From the NCBI GenBank assembly GCA_947458235.1, contig CANGYP010000002.1, forward strand, positions 1-57,880: a DNA stretch of 57,880 nucleotides, given 5' to 3'. The translations under genes were made by a program, and so were the position numbers. Under the pieces are notes generated by a model, which had not been told where the DNA came from, ran no database searches, and saw nothing but the letters and a program-made list of their open reading frames with translations. This DNA is from Alphaproteobacteria bacterium (GTDB taxonomy: Bacteria; Pseudomonadota; Alphaproteobacteria; JAJTHO01; CANGYM01). Shown in pieces: positions 1-9,172 of this stretch; the stretch's first letter is position 1; every line of letters begins with the position of its first letter.

Positions 1-150
1 ACCTGTTACCTGAAAGGTGGGTTCCCCCATTCGGAAATCAGCGGATCAAAGGGTCTTGGCCCCTCCCCGCTGCTTATCGCAGCCTAGCACGTCCTTCATC
101 GCCTGCAATCGCCAAGGCATCCACCAGATGCTCTTATTTACGCTTGAGGA
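1..150 (-). rRNA. rrl: 23S ribosomal RNA, 5' end (partial, continues beyond the window start)
   Basis: The reverse complement reads AAGAGCATCTGGTGGATGCCTTGGCGATTGCAGGCGATGAAGGACGTGCTAGGCTGCGATAAGC...GATTTCCGAATGGGGGAACCC, the conserved 5' domain of bacterial 23S rRNA. The 5' boundary (~140-150) is estimated from the E. coli layout. Confidence 0.9.
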
Positions 151-589
151 TTGTTCTCAGCTTCTCAGATTTTGGTGTCAGACACCACAGAAACAGAAAT
201 AGGATTCTGCTTGTGCGGTGCCTAACCCTCACTGAGAGTCAGTTATCATATTTTTACAGTGTCACAGACCAGCCTGCACTCCCTAGTGAGTTGGGCGTTG
301 ATTTCAAAATCTCGCCAGCAGGGAGTGTGTTTATAGATCACCCTCACCCTCCTGTCAACAGCCTTTTTTTATGACGGATTCTTTTTCTTGGGGGCTACTC
401 TTTATGGGGTAAAAGGCGGCTTTTGTCGTGGTTATGGGGCCGTTCATGCCTCCCCAGCGTGGCCAACATCGCCCGCATATGATAGATGACGTATAAAAAA
501 AAGATTGTCATAATGATGGCCTTTTTCACTGGCTGCGTGCGCAGGCATAATGCGTGCCCACCGATCGGCAAGATCTACAGGTCCAAACC

Positions 590-1591
590 ATGGTTTTCTA
601 CGCTGTGGCACCCATGATGGGGTACACCCATCGCTGGGCGCGTGTTTTTTATCGGATGTTATCGGGGCATGTACAGCTTTATACGGAAATGCTGGTGGAT
701 CAGGCTGTGATTCATGGCTGCGATATCACCGTGTTGCCCCAAGAGGGCCCTGTTATTCTCCAGCTAGGGGGCAGTGATCCTGATACCATGGCCCGCGCCG
801 TTGCCATGGCGGAGCCTCATGCCTATGTGGCCTATAACATCAATGCGGGATGCCCCAGTGATCGCGTGAAACAGGGGGCTTTTGGGGCGTGCCTGATGAA
901 AGACCCGCCTCGTGTGGCGGCCCTGATTCGGGCCATGCGACAGGAAACCCATCGCCCTGTTGAGGTCAAAACCCGCCTAGGGGTGGATGATCTGGACAAT
1001 GACGATCATTTGTATCGTTTTTTAGAGAGCTGCTTACACGCTGGGTGTGCCCGCATTGTCCTGCATGCGCGTAAAGCGTGGCTTTCTGGCCTGAGCCCTG
1101 CCGAAAATCGCACCATCCCCCCCCTGCAATACGAGCGTGTTCTGGCAGCCAAGGCAAGATTTCCTGATGCGCAAATCATGATCAACGGGGGGTTGTCAAC
1201 ATTTAACAACCCGTGGCACGATGCCTTGGATGGGGTTATGTTGGGACGGGCGGTCTGGGATCATCCAGAGATTCTGCTGACGGTAGATCCCTTGGTGACG
1301 GAGCAGGAGGGGCGAGGGGACATCGCAGACATTGTCCAGCACTATATTGCCTTTTGCCATGAGGCGGGGGCGCGGCCCTCTCTGTTTCTGCCCCCCCTGA
1401 TGGGGCTGGGGCGGGGCAAAGCAGGGGCGCGGGCGTGGCGACAATCCCTAACCAACATCCTCGCCCAGCGGACGGGACAGGGGGGCAGTGGGAAACACGA
1501 TCCCCTGTTGATCCACCGCATGATAGAGGAGAGTTTTGTACGCTTCACGGGGGATCTCAATGGCGCCAAATTGACGCAAATGGTCGTTTAA
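590..1591 (+). CDS. dusA: tRNA-dihydrouridine synthase A
   Basis: AVAPMMGYTHRW..LYTEM..LQLGGSDP..NINAGCPSDRV..GAFGACLM..HARKAWLSGLSPAENRTIPPL is colinear with DusA. The ORF-track start at 554 is GTG; the first ATG (590) lies just before the conserved APM motif. Confidence 0.85.
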   Translation: MVFYAVAPMMGYTHRWARVFYRMLSGHVQLYTEMLVDQAVIHGCDITVLPQEGPVILQLGGSDPDTMARAVAMAEPHAYVAYNINAGCPSDRVKQGAFGACLMKDPPRVAALIRAMRQETHRPVEVKTRLGVDDLDNDDHLYRFLESCLHAGCARIVLHARKAWLSGLSPAENRTIPPLQYERVLAAKARFPDAQIMINGGLSTFNNPWHDALDGVMLGRAVWDHPEILLTVDPLVTEQEGRGDIADIVQHYIAFCHEAGARPSLFLPPLMGLGRGKAGARAWRQSLTNILAQRTGQGGSGKHDPLLIHRMIEESFVRFTGDLNGAKLTQMVV

Positions 1592-2083
1592 AAATTGGGT
1601 ATCCAGCAGGGCAAAGCCCCCCTGATTCAGGCGATGCACCAAATCCACAAAGGCCACCTTGCTGGCGTTGGGGATGCGGCTGAACATGCTTTCACCAAAA
1701 AATACGCCCCCCATATGCAAGCCATATAGCCCCCCCACCAGCTGACCCTGCTGCCAGACCTCAACGCTGTGGGCATGGCCCAAGTCATGCAAATCACAAA
1801 ATAGGCTATAGATTTCACGGTTGATCCATGTTTCGGGACGTTTTTCTGTGGCCGCCGCGCACCCTTGCACCACATCCGCAAAGGCCGTATTTACCCGAAT
1901 ATCCCATGGCTTTTTCAGGATTTTTCTCAGGCTGCGGGATATATGCAGGGCCCGTAGAGGCATGACGCCGCGCATATCGGGGTCCACCCAAAACAAATCC
2001 TCGTCCCCTGCCCCTTCAGCCATGGGAAACAGGCCGATACGATAGGCCTTCAGCAGGGTTTCAGGGGTAAGACGCGGGAGCAT
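1448..2083 (-). CDS. aat: leucyl/phenylalanyl-tRNA--protein transferase
   Basis: 211 aa with LKAYRIGLFPM, FWVDPDMRGV, HISRSLRK, GHAHSVEVW, LVGGLYG and GESMFSR motifs typical of Aat. Confidence 0.9.
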   Translation of the reverse strand: MLPRLTPETLLKAYRIGLFPMAEGAGDEDLFWVDPDMRGVMPLRALHISRSLRKILKKPWDIRVNTAFADVVQGCAAATEKRPETWINREIYSLFCDLHDLGHAHSVEVWQQGQLVGGLYGLHMGGVFFGESMFSRIPNASKVAFVDLVHRLNQGGFALLDTQFLNDHLRQFGAIEIPREAYKTLLYHAVDQQGIVFPTAPLSRPLGEDVG

Positions 2084-2113
2084 AACAGAGGCACTAACGC
2101 TTTCAACAACAGC

Positions 2114-2119
2114 ATTATA
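2114..2119 (-). promoter_or_regulatory. candidate -10 box (TATAAT) upstream of aat
   Basis: A perfect TATAAT on the minus strand sits 31 nt upstream of the aat ATG. The -35 is weak (TCGCTT at 17-nt spacing). Confidence 0.25.
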
Positions 2120-2219
2120 CCTCTATAGGCTGAAAAAAGCGACGGCATCCTCTGAAGATACGCAAGCTGTAGGACTGAAAAAAACCTCTACCCCCCCTGC
2201 CCTCTTCTGCCTTCCAAAC

Positions 2220-2561
2220 CTATTTCTGCCACATCAACGCAACCCCTGCTAGAATCAGGGCACTGCCCAAGATTTTGTAAACGGTCAGGCTTTCCCCAAA
2301 AAAAACATGGCTCAGGGCCACCACAAAAACATAGGATATGGCCACCGTAGGATGGGCCACGGACAGATTGATTTTTTGCAGGGAAAGAATATACAAAATC
2401 GCCGCCACAAAATACAGCCCCAGCCCCCCGATCAATTTTGGATCCAAAAAAGACCAGAAAAGGGCTTGCCCCTCTGGTTTTGGCATCATGGCAAAACTTT
2501 TAAACAGCATCTGCGCCACAACACCCAAGGCAATGGAGACACATAAAAAGAGGATGGGCAT
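2220..2561 (-). CDS. small 4-TM DMT/SMR-like membrane protein (ArnE/EamA-like)
   Basis: 113 aa from the internal ATG at 2561 (MPILFLCVSIALGVVAQMLFK...ILGSALILAGVALMWQK) with four hydrophobic helices. The upstream 118 codons of the ORF-track frame look non-protein-like. Confidence 0.55.
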   Translation of the reverse strand: MPILFLCVSIALGVVAQMLFKSFAMMPKPEGQALFWSFLDPKLIGGLGLYFVAAILYILSLQKINLSVAHPTVAISYVFVVALSHVFFGESLTVYKILGSALILAGVALMWQK

Positions 2562-2926
2562 AACGGTCACGATTGCTGGGAGAAAAGGGTCCGAGGCCGC
2601 GCCACAACCCGTAAAGACACCCCCACAGGCAGAGGCTTTGCGCGTCTCAAAACATAATGATCCAAGAGATTCAGCGCCGTGTGCAATCGGGCCCCTAATA
2701 GGGATAGCACGGGGGATTCGTTGTGCATGGGGATAACGAGGGAGAGGCGAGAGTTCATACCTATAACATGTACAGAATCTTAGTTGCCATTGCGTACTCA
2801 AACAGTACCGTGAAAGAAACAAAATATCCTTAAAAAAAGACAAAAAATCTTTAGGTAACAAAGGCAAAAGGCCTGAAGGGCCATGGTGAAGTCGTGGATG
2901 GTTCAGGTTCGACATTCAACACAAAT

Positions 2927-2964
2927 CCAGCCAGAGGCCCTGAACATCAAGGCCTCTCCGCTGG
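2927..2964 (-). terminator. candidate rho-independent terminator after glnA
   Basis: Hairpin CCAGC-AGAGGCC/GGCCTCT-GCTGG lies 13 nt downstream of the glnA stop and is followed on the minus strand by AUUUGUGUU. Confidence 0.35.
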
Positions 2965-2976
2965 AGTGTTCGGGGA

Positions 2977-4380
2977 TTACGAACTGAAATACAGTTTATA
3001 TTCCACAGGGTGTGGGCTGGTTTCGTACAGTTTAACTTCGTCCATTTTCATGGCGATGTAGGCTTCGATCATGCCTTGGGAAAACACATCCCCTTGGGTG
3101 AGGAAGGTGTGATCTTTTTCCAGTGCATCCAAAGCCTGACGCAGAGAGCTACACACGGTGGGGAGGGATTTCATTTCCTCGTCCGAGGCATCGTACAGGT
3201 TGCGGTCCATGGCCGCGCCCGGATCAATTTGGTTGCGAATGCCGTCCAATCCCGCCATCACCATGGCGGCAAAAGCCAGATAGGGGTTGGCGGTGGGGTC
3301 AGGGAAACGCACCTCAACCCGCTTGGCTTTGGGGGATTCATAATGGGGAATCCGGCAGGACACCGAACGGTTACGGGAGGAATAGCCCAAAACCACAGGC
3401 GCCTCGAATCCGGGGATCAGACGTTTGTAACTGTTGGTGGTGGGGTTGGTAAAGGCATTGATGGCGCGACCATGTTTGATGATGCCGCCGATGTACCACA
3501 GGGCCTCTTGGGACAATCCCGCATATTCGGATCCCGCAAACATGGGCTGGCCATTTTTCCACAAGGACTGGTGAACATGCATACCCGATCCGTTGTCACC
3601 CGCCATAGGCTTGGCCATAAAGGTGGCGGTTTTGTTATAGGACTGGGCCACGTTACGCACCACATATTTGTACAGCTGCATGCGGTCCGCCGTTTCCACC
3701 AAGGTGCCGTACAAAATCCCCAATTCACACTGGGCAGGGGCCACCTCGTGGTGGTGTTTTTCCACGGGGATGCCCATTTCCTTCATACGGGACAGCATTT
3801 CGGCGCGGATATCCACAAGGGCATCCACGGGGGCGCAGGGGAAATATCCCCCCTTGGCGCTGGGGCGGTGCCCCAAATTGCCCCCTTCGTAGTCGCGGCC
3901 AGAGTTGTTGGGCAGCTCTTCGGAATCAATGCGATAAAATACGTGATCTTGATTGTGGGCAAAACGCACGTCGTCAAAAATGAAAAACTCCGCTTCAGGA
4001 CCAAAATACGCGGTTTCGGCCAGTTGCGAGGATTTGACATAAGCCTCGGCCGCCTTGGCGATAGAGCGAGGGTCGCGGTCATAAGGTTTATTCGTGATGG
4101 GATCCACAACATCACAAATCACCACCAAGCTGGGCTGGGCCGTGAAGGGATCCACCACCACACTTTGGGCGTCGGGCATGAGTTTCATGTCGGATTCGTT
4201 GATCGCTTTCCATCCAGGGATGGAGGAGCCGTCAAACATGATCCCCTCGTCAAACATCTTTTGGTCCACCGCAGACACATCCATGGCCATATGGTGCCAG
4301 ACACCTTTCATGTCTGAAAAGCGCACGTCGGCAGATTGAATGTCATGTTCCTGAATCAGATCAAAAACCTTGTTCCCCAT
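2977..4380 (-). CDS. glnA: glutamine synthetase type I
   Basis: 467 aa with FDGSSIPGW, FGPEAEFFIF, KPMAGDNGSGMHVHQSLW, NPTTNSYKRLIPGFEAP, SVSCRIP and the NLYD adenylylation-loop region. Confidence 0.95.
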   Translation of the reverse strand: MGNKVFDLIQEHDIQSADVRFSDMKGVWHHMAMDVSAVDQKMFDEGIMFDGSSIPGWKAINESDMKLMPDAQSVVVDPFTAQPSLVVICDVVDPITNKPYDRDPRSIAKAAEAYVKSSQLAETAYFGPEAEFFIFDDVRFAHNQDHVFYRIDSEELPNNSGRDYEGGNLGHRPSAKGGYFPCAPVDALVDIRAEMLSRMKEMGIPVEKHHHEVAPAQCELGILYGTLVETADRMQLYKYVVRNVAQSYNKTATFMAKPMAGDNGSGMHVHQSLWKNGQPMFAGSEYAGLSQEALWYIGGIIKHGRAINAFTNPTTNSYKRLIPGFEAPVVLGYSSRNRSVSCRIPHYESPKAKRVEVRFPDPTANPYLAFAAMVMAGLDGIRNQIDPGAAMDRNLYDASDEEMKSLPTVCSSLRQALDALEKDHTFLTQGDVFSQGMIEAYIAMKMDEVKLYETSPHPVEYKLYFSS

Positions 4381-4413
4381 AAAAAATTCCTTTGCGATGA
4401 TAAAAAGATGTCA

Positions 4414-4430
4414 TGGCATCATACATGCCA
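4414..4430 (-). promoter_or_regulatory. perfect palindrome TGGCAT-N5-ATGCCA; reads as a sigma-54 -24/-12-like element (TGGCATgtatgATGC) upstream of glnA
   Basis: GG and GC are spaced as in the TGGCAC-N5-TTGC consensus, ~35 nt upstream of the glnA ATG, with an AAGGA Shine-Dalgarno in between. It could equally be a dimeric transcription-factor operator. Confidence 0.3.
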
Positions 4431-4531
4431 AAAACTGGTTAAATCCTCAAGACCTGCCACACAAACGCCAGAAGGTTTCCGCCACTTTCTGCAAACAGTT
4501 GTTTTTTTGTCACACGCTTCTGCCCCTGCCC

Positions 4532-5068
4532 TCACTCTGACACCGTCACCAAGGCGGGGCGCACGATGCGATCATGCATGCGATATCCCGCCTGAATCAC
4601 CCGCACGATATGACCCTGTGGGATGGTATCGCTGGGCTCTTGCAGCATGGCTTGGTGCAGGTTGTGATCAAAGGCTTCCCCCACGGGATTGTATTTGCTG
4701 ACCCCGTGTTTTTCCAAGGTGGACAACAGTTGCTTGGCCGTCATGGTGATGCCAGTGACAAAGGTTTCCACGGGGGATCCCGCCTCGGATTCGGGAACAT
4801 GAGCAAGGGCCTGATCGAAAATATCTGCCACCGTCAGCAGGTCTTTGACAAAGCCAGAGACGGCAAATTTAATGGCCTCTGATTTTTCCCGCTCCATCCG
4901 TTTGATTGTGTTTTCGCGGTCCGCGAGGGCCCGCAGAACGTCGGCCTCAGCTTTTTCCAGACGTTCGCGCAGCAGAGTCAGCTCGTCAGGCGCCTCTGGG
5001 GTTTGGGTTTCAGTGGGGATATCCTCTGAAGGGATTTCGGTAGAGAATGATGGGTTTTGGGTGGTCAT
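4532..5068 (-). CDS. grpE: nucleotide exchange factor GrpE
   Basis: 178 aa with an acidic N-terminus, a coiled-coil (LRERLEKAEADVLRALADRENTIKR) and C-terminal GYRMHDRIVRPALVTVS typical of GrpE. Confidence 0.9.
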   Translation of the reverse strand: MTTQNPSFSTEIPSEDIPTETQTPEAPDELTLLRERLEKAEADVLRALADRENTIKRMEREKSEAIKFAVSGFVKDLLTVADIFDQALAHVPESEAGSPVETFVTGITMTAKQLLSTLEKHGVSKYNPVGEAFDHNLHQAMLQEPSDTIPQGHIVRVIQAGYRMHDRIVRPALVTVSE

Positions 5069-5110
5069 TATGCCGTCCTTGGTTTGTTGATAAGGAATCT
5101 GGGGGCCATT

Positions 5111-6286
5111 TTAGCGATCAATTTCCCCAAAAACAATATCCAAAGAGCCAATAATCGCCACAACGTCCGCCAGCATATGGCCACGACTGAGGAAATCCAG
5201 CGCCTGAAGAAACGCAAATCCCGGGGCGCGAATTTTGCAGCGATAGGGCTTGTTGCTGCCATCGGCAATCAAGTAAACGCCAAATTCCCCTTTGGGAGCT
5301 TCGGTGGCGGTGTAGGTTTCACCAGCAGGGACGTGATAGCCTTCGGTGTAGAGTTTGAAATGATGAATCAGGGCCTCCATAGAGGATTTCATCAAGGCGC
5401 GGGGGGGCGGGGTGATTTTGTGGTTTTCAAAATGCACGGGACCAGAGGGCATCTTTTCGATACACTGCGCAATGATACGCAAAGATTGATACATTTCCTG
5501 AATCCGGATCAAATAGCGATCATAACAATCCCCATGTTTGCCAATGGGCACATCAAAATCCATCTGATCGTACACGTCATAGGGCTGGGCTTTGCGTAGA
5601 TCCCACGGCACGCCGCTGGCCCGCAACACGGGGCCCGTCATGCCCCATGCCAAGGCCTCGTCCCGCGAAAACACCCCGATATCCACGGTGCGTTGTTTAA
5701 AGATACGGTTTTCCGTGAGCAGCCCCTCCATATCCTGAATGGTTTTGGGCAGGGCTTCGATGAAGGCCTGAATATCCTCAAGCAAGCCCGCAGGCAAATC
5801 CCGATGCACACCCCCAGGGCGGAAATAGGCCGCATGCAAACGGGCGCCGCAGACCCGTTCATAAAAGCCCATGATTTTTTCCCGCTCTTCAAAGGCCCAC
5901 AAAAAGGGGGTCATGGCCCCCACATCCAAGGCAAAGGTGGCAATGTTCAACAGATGGTTCATGATGCGAGTCAATTCCGCATACAGCACGCGAATGTACT
6001 GGCCGCGCGGGGGTGGGGTGATGCCCAGCAAACGCTCCACCGCCAAGGCAAAGGTGTGTTCCTGCCCCATGGGGGAGACATAATCCAAACGGTCGAAATA
6101 GGGAACGGATTGCAAATAGGTTTTGTATTCAATCAGCTTTTCTGTGCCCCGATGCAACAGGCCGATGTGGGGATCGGCGCGTTCGATAACCTCGCCGTCC
6201 ATTTCCAAAACCAAGCGCAACACCCCATGCGCCGCGGGATGCTGGGGGCCAAAATTAAGGGTCGTGGTTTTTTTTTCCTGCATCAT
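5111..6286 (-). CDS. nuoD: NADH-quinone oxidoreductase subunit D
   Basis: 391 aa with [38 protein letters not shown] and C-terminal DIVFGEIDR. Confidence 0.95.
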   Translation of the reverse strand: MMQEKKTTTLNFGPQHPAAHGVLRLVLEMDGEVIERADPHIGLLHRGTEKLIEYKTYLQSVPYFDRLDYVSPMGQEHTFALAVERLLGITPPPRGQYIRVLYAELTRIMNHLLNIATFALDVGAMTPFLWAFEEREKIMGFYERVCGARLHAAYFRPGGVHRDLPAGLLEDIQAFIEALPKTIQDMEGLLTENRIFKQRTVDIGVFSRDEALAWGMTGPVLRASGVPWDLRKAQPYDVYDQMDFDVPIGKHGDCYDRYLIRIQEMYQSLRIIAQCIEKMPSGPVHFENHKITPPPRALMKSSMEALIHHFKLYTEGYHVPAGETYTATEAPKGEFGVYLIADGSNKPYRCKIRAPGFAFLQALDFLSRGHMLADVVAIIGSLDIVFGEIDR

Positions 6287-6377
6287 GACATCACCGCTGG
6301 AAGGTTACAGGGACTCTTATCCCCCATTTGCTGCAAAATGTCGATAGGGGTTTTTGGGCGTGGCCATAACCCCAACC

Positions 6378-7703
6378 TTATAAAAGAGCCAGTCGCAAGG
6401 CTTCCACCATATGCCCCAATTTCATGCCAGCGGATCCTTTGATCAAAATCAGGTCTTTGGGCTTCAGGGTTTTTGTGAAAGCTTCACCCAAGTCTGCCAC
6501 ACTTGAGACACACAGGCCCTGTTGGTGTTTGGGCAATTTGGCGTGCAGGGCGGCCATGGCAGGGCCCACGGTGTGCACGGTGGCGATGGACTTACCCACC
6601 AGATCATCCAGCAGGGCCGTATGATACCCCGCGCTGTGTTTGCCCATTTCCAGCATATCCCCCAGCAAGGCAATGCGCCGCCCCGAACACGGCAGGGCCG
6701 CCAGCCGTTGCAACGCTGCCCGCATGGATGCGGGGGAGGCATTATAGGCATCATGAATAATCCGCACCCCCGCAATCTCTAGGATATTCCCCCGCCCCGA
6801 AGGACGCTGAAAGGTGGAAAGGGCGTCATAGGCCGTTTTTACGTCCGCCCCAGCCTCGGCCACCACACTCAAGGCGTACAGGATGCAGGCTTTCAGGGCA
6901 GGATCATCGTTATACCCTGTTAAATCGAAGGATTGCCCCTGCCATTCCCACGTTTTCCGCTCTGCCAATCCTGCGGTGGGGATGGCGGTGATGCGCTGTG
7001 CCCCGCTGTTTTGCGCGGCATCCAAAAGAACATCCGTATAGGCATGATCGTCCCCGTACAGGGCGGTGCCGCCCTTTATAACCCCTTCAAAAATTTCTGC
7101 CTTAGCCAGCGCAATGTCCCGGAGGGAGGAAAAATTGCCGATATGGGACGGGGCCACCGTGGTGATTAAGGCCAAATGGGGGCGGACCAATCGGGTGAGA
7201 TCGCGTAGTTCCCCCGCGTGGTTCATGCCCATTTCCACAATGACAAAAGAGGCTTGCTTGGGGGATCGCATCAACGTCACGGGAACGCCCAAGTGATTAT
7301 TATAATTCCCCGTTGTGGCCGTTGTGGCCCCTTGGGGGGACAGCATGACGCGCAGAAGTTCCTTGGTGGTGGTTTTCCCCACACTACCAGTGATGCCGAT
7401 GACAAAGGCATCCTCTAGCTGGGTGCGGCGATAACGGGCCATCGCTTGCATGGTTGCAAAGGTATCTGACACCCGCAGGACGCGGGGATCGGGGTGAGCT
7501 TCTGCGGACAACACCGCCCCTGCCCCCGCTGCCAGTGCCGCGTCAATATAATGATGACCATCATGGGTTTCCCCCCGCAGGCACACAAACAGATCCCCTG
7601 CGCTGAGGCTTCGTGTATCCAAAGACACGCCCGTGATGGTTAAGGGTTCGCTGCATCGTAAAGAAAGAGCCGCGTTGATTTCTGCTGTGGTCCATAATGT
7701 CAT
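6378..7703 (-). CDS. murF: UDP-N-acetylmuramoyl-tripeptide--D-alanyl-D-alanine ligase
   Basis: 441 aa from the ATG at 7703 (MTLWTTAEINAAL) with GITGSVGKTTTKE P-loop and DAYNASPASM. It has an ATGA overlap with the murE stop. The 76 upstream codons of the ORF are Arg/His-rich junk. Confidence 0.9.
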   Translation of the reverse strand: MTLWTTAEINAALSLRCSEPLTITGVSLDTRSLSAGDLFVCLRGETHDGHHYIDAALAAGAGAVLSAEAHPDPRVLRVSDTFATMQAMARYRRTQLEDAFVIGITGSVGKTTTKELLRVMLSPQGATTATTGNYNNHLGVPVTLMRSPKQASFVIVEMGMNHAGELRDLTRLVRPHLALITTVAPSHIGNFSSLRDIALAKAEIFEGVIKGGTALYGDDHAYTDVLLDAAQNSGAQRITAIPTAGLAERKTWEWQGQSFDLTGYNDDPALKACILYALSVVAEAGADVKTAYDALSTFQRPSGRGNILEIAGVRIIHDAYNASPASMRAALQRLAALPCSGRRIALLGDMLEMGKHSAGYHTALLDDLVGKSIATVHTVGPAMAALHAKLPKHQQGLCVSSVADLGEAFTKTLKPKDLILIKGSAGMKLGHMVEALRLALL

Positions 7704-9172
7704 GATAAACTGTCCCCAAAAAAAGAACGAATGGTGGCGTGATCCGAAAACGGGATGGTGGCTTGGCCGATGATTTGGCCTTGCTCGTGGCCCTTGCCCG
7801 CAATGATGACGGTGTCGCCAGCTTTGGCGGCCCGCAATGCCGCGTGGATGGCGGCGCCGCGATCGGGGATTTCCACGGCGTTGGGACATGCTGCCATAAT
7901 GGCTTGACGAATCAGAGCGGGGTCCTCGCATCTGGGATTATCGTCCGTGATGTACACCCCATCCGCCAAACGATGGGCCACAGCCCCCATCAGGGGACGC
8001 TTGCCCGCATCACGGTTGCCGCCGCACCCAAATACCACCCACAAACGGCCCGTGGTGTGGGGGCGCAGGTGATTGAGGGCCTTTTCCAGCGCATCGGGCG
8101 TATGGGCATAATCCACAAAGACAGAAAAGAGACCGCTATGGACGTTTTCCATGCGGCCCACCACCCCGCGCAGCTGGGGAAGAACGGATATAATATCCCC
8201 AAAATCATGGCCACACCCCAGCAACAGCGCAACGGCGGCGGCCACGTTTTCTGCCTGAAACGTGCCGTAAAGGGGCAGCGTTAGGGATGCTCGCGCTCCT
8301 CCGCAAACCAAGGTCATCTGCAAACCCTGCGGGGTGGGTTGTAAATCCTGAATGTCCAAATCCCGCCCTAGGCGCAGAACGCTCAGGCCCCGCGTGCGGC
8401 AAGCATCCTCCAGCGTATCGGGCAAATCTGCCCCGATAACGGCGGTATGGGGGGGCGTGAGGAGATCCAGAAACAAACGGGCCTTGGCGGCAAAATAAGC
8501 ATCAAAGGTTTTGTGATAATCCAAATGGTCCTGCGTGAAGTTGGTCCATGCGGCGGCCCTGAGGTTAACCCCGTCCAACCGGTGTTGGTGTAGGCCGTGG
8601 CTAGAGGCCTCCAGCGCCACATGCTGTATGCCGGTTTGGGCCAGATCCCGTAATTGACGATGCAGCGTAATGGGATCGGGGGTGGTTAAACTGTCCGAGA
8701 GCACAAAATCCCGCGTGGTTTGTAGCCCCAACGTCCCCATGGCGGCGGAGGGCACCCCCATGGCCATCCACAACCGATGACAGAAATTGGCCACGGAGGT
8801 TTTTCCGTTGGTGCCCGTGACGGCCACCACGGTTTCAGGCTGGGGCGCAAAGGCAGCGGCGCAAAACAGACTCAGCGCCCACCGCGCCGAGGGCACCACA
8901 AAAACTGGCACATCCGCCCTCACAGGGCGGCAGGCCACCACCGCCACGGCGCCCCGCGCTATGGCATCGGGGATAAAATCACCACTATCAACATTTCCCC
9001 CCTCTAGGGCAAAGAACACATCGCCGACTTGCACCTTGCGGGAATCAAAGGCAAGGCCCGTAAACTTGGGGAAATCGCGCGGCAACGTCACCCCCAAAGG
9101 GGCAAGGTTACTGGGCGTCGGGGGACAAAGAAACGGCATCGTCATCAGGGACCGGAGGGCTGGCGTTGGCAT
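7700..9172 (-). CDS. murE: UDP-N-acetylmuramoyl-L-alanyl-D-glutamate--2,6-diaminopimelate ligase
   Basis: VTGTNGKTS P-loop, DYAHTPDALEKAL, GCGGNRDAGKRP and the DNPR motif (ITDDNPRCEDP) of meso-DAP-adding MurE. The start is uncertain (alternative ATGs at 9145 and 9139). Confidence 0.9.
   Translation of the reverse strand: MPTPALRSLMTMPFLCPPTPSNLAPLGVTLPRDFPKFTGLAFDSRKVQVGDVFFALEGGNVDSGDFIPDAIARGAVAVVACRPVRADVPVFVVPSARWALSLFCAAAFAPQPETVVAVTGTNGKTSVANFCHRLWMAMGVPSAAMGTLGLQTTRDFVLSDSLTTPDPITLHRQLRDLAQTGIQHVALEASSHGLHQHRLDGVNLRAAAWTNFTQDHLDYHKTFDAYFAAKARLFLDLLTPPHTAVIGADLPDTLEDACRTRGLSVLRLGRDLDIQDLQPTPQGLQMTLVCGGARASLTLPLYGTFQAENVAAAVALLLGCGHDFGDIISVLPQLRGVVGRMENVHSGLFSVFVDYAHTPDALEKALNHLRPHTTGRLWVVFGCGGNRDAGKRPLMGAVAHRLADGVYITDDNPRCEDPALIRQAIMAACPNAVEIPDRGAAIHAALRAAKAGDTVIIAGKGHEQGQIIGQATIPFSDHATIRSFFGDSLS

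Noticed and set aside
2585-2640. GGGAGAAAAGGGTCCGAGGCC on the plus strand, reminiscent of the RNase P CR-I (GAGGAAAGTCCGGGC) or ykkC GGUCCGAGAG boxes
   Set aside because: Other obligatory conserved regions, such as ACAGAACCCGGCUUA for RNase P and the ACGR/GGGA elements for guanidine-I, are absent. The strand also has no downstream gene.
2562-2915. N-terminal 118-codon extension of the small transporter ORF (2220..2915)
   Set aside because: The extension has no protein-like features (Cys/Arg/Pro-rich) and spans the glnA terminator region. The internal ATG at 2561 yields a canonical 4-TM protein.
2901-2925. GGTTCGAC T-loop-like sequence (a similar GGGTTCGACC lies on the minus strand at ~31296-31310)
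   Set aside because: No complementary T-stem, acceptor stem or anticodon arm can be drawn, so these are not tRNAs.
3010-4317. 435-aa plus-strand ORF
   Set aside because: It is entirely antisense to glnA. The His/Gly/Val-rich, low-complexity translation is typical of a shadow ORF opposite a GC-rich gene.
5693-6442. 249-aa plus-strand ORF
   Set aside because: It is antisense to nuoD and therefore a shadow ORF.
7704-7931. 76-codon N-terminal extension of murF
   Set aside because: It overlaps the murE 3' end and is an Arg/His/Ser-rich translation. The ATG at 7703 gives the typical MurF N-terminus and an ATGA coupling to murE.
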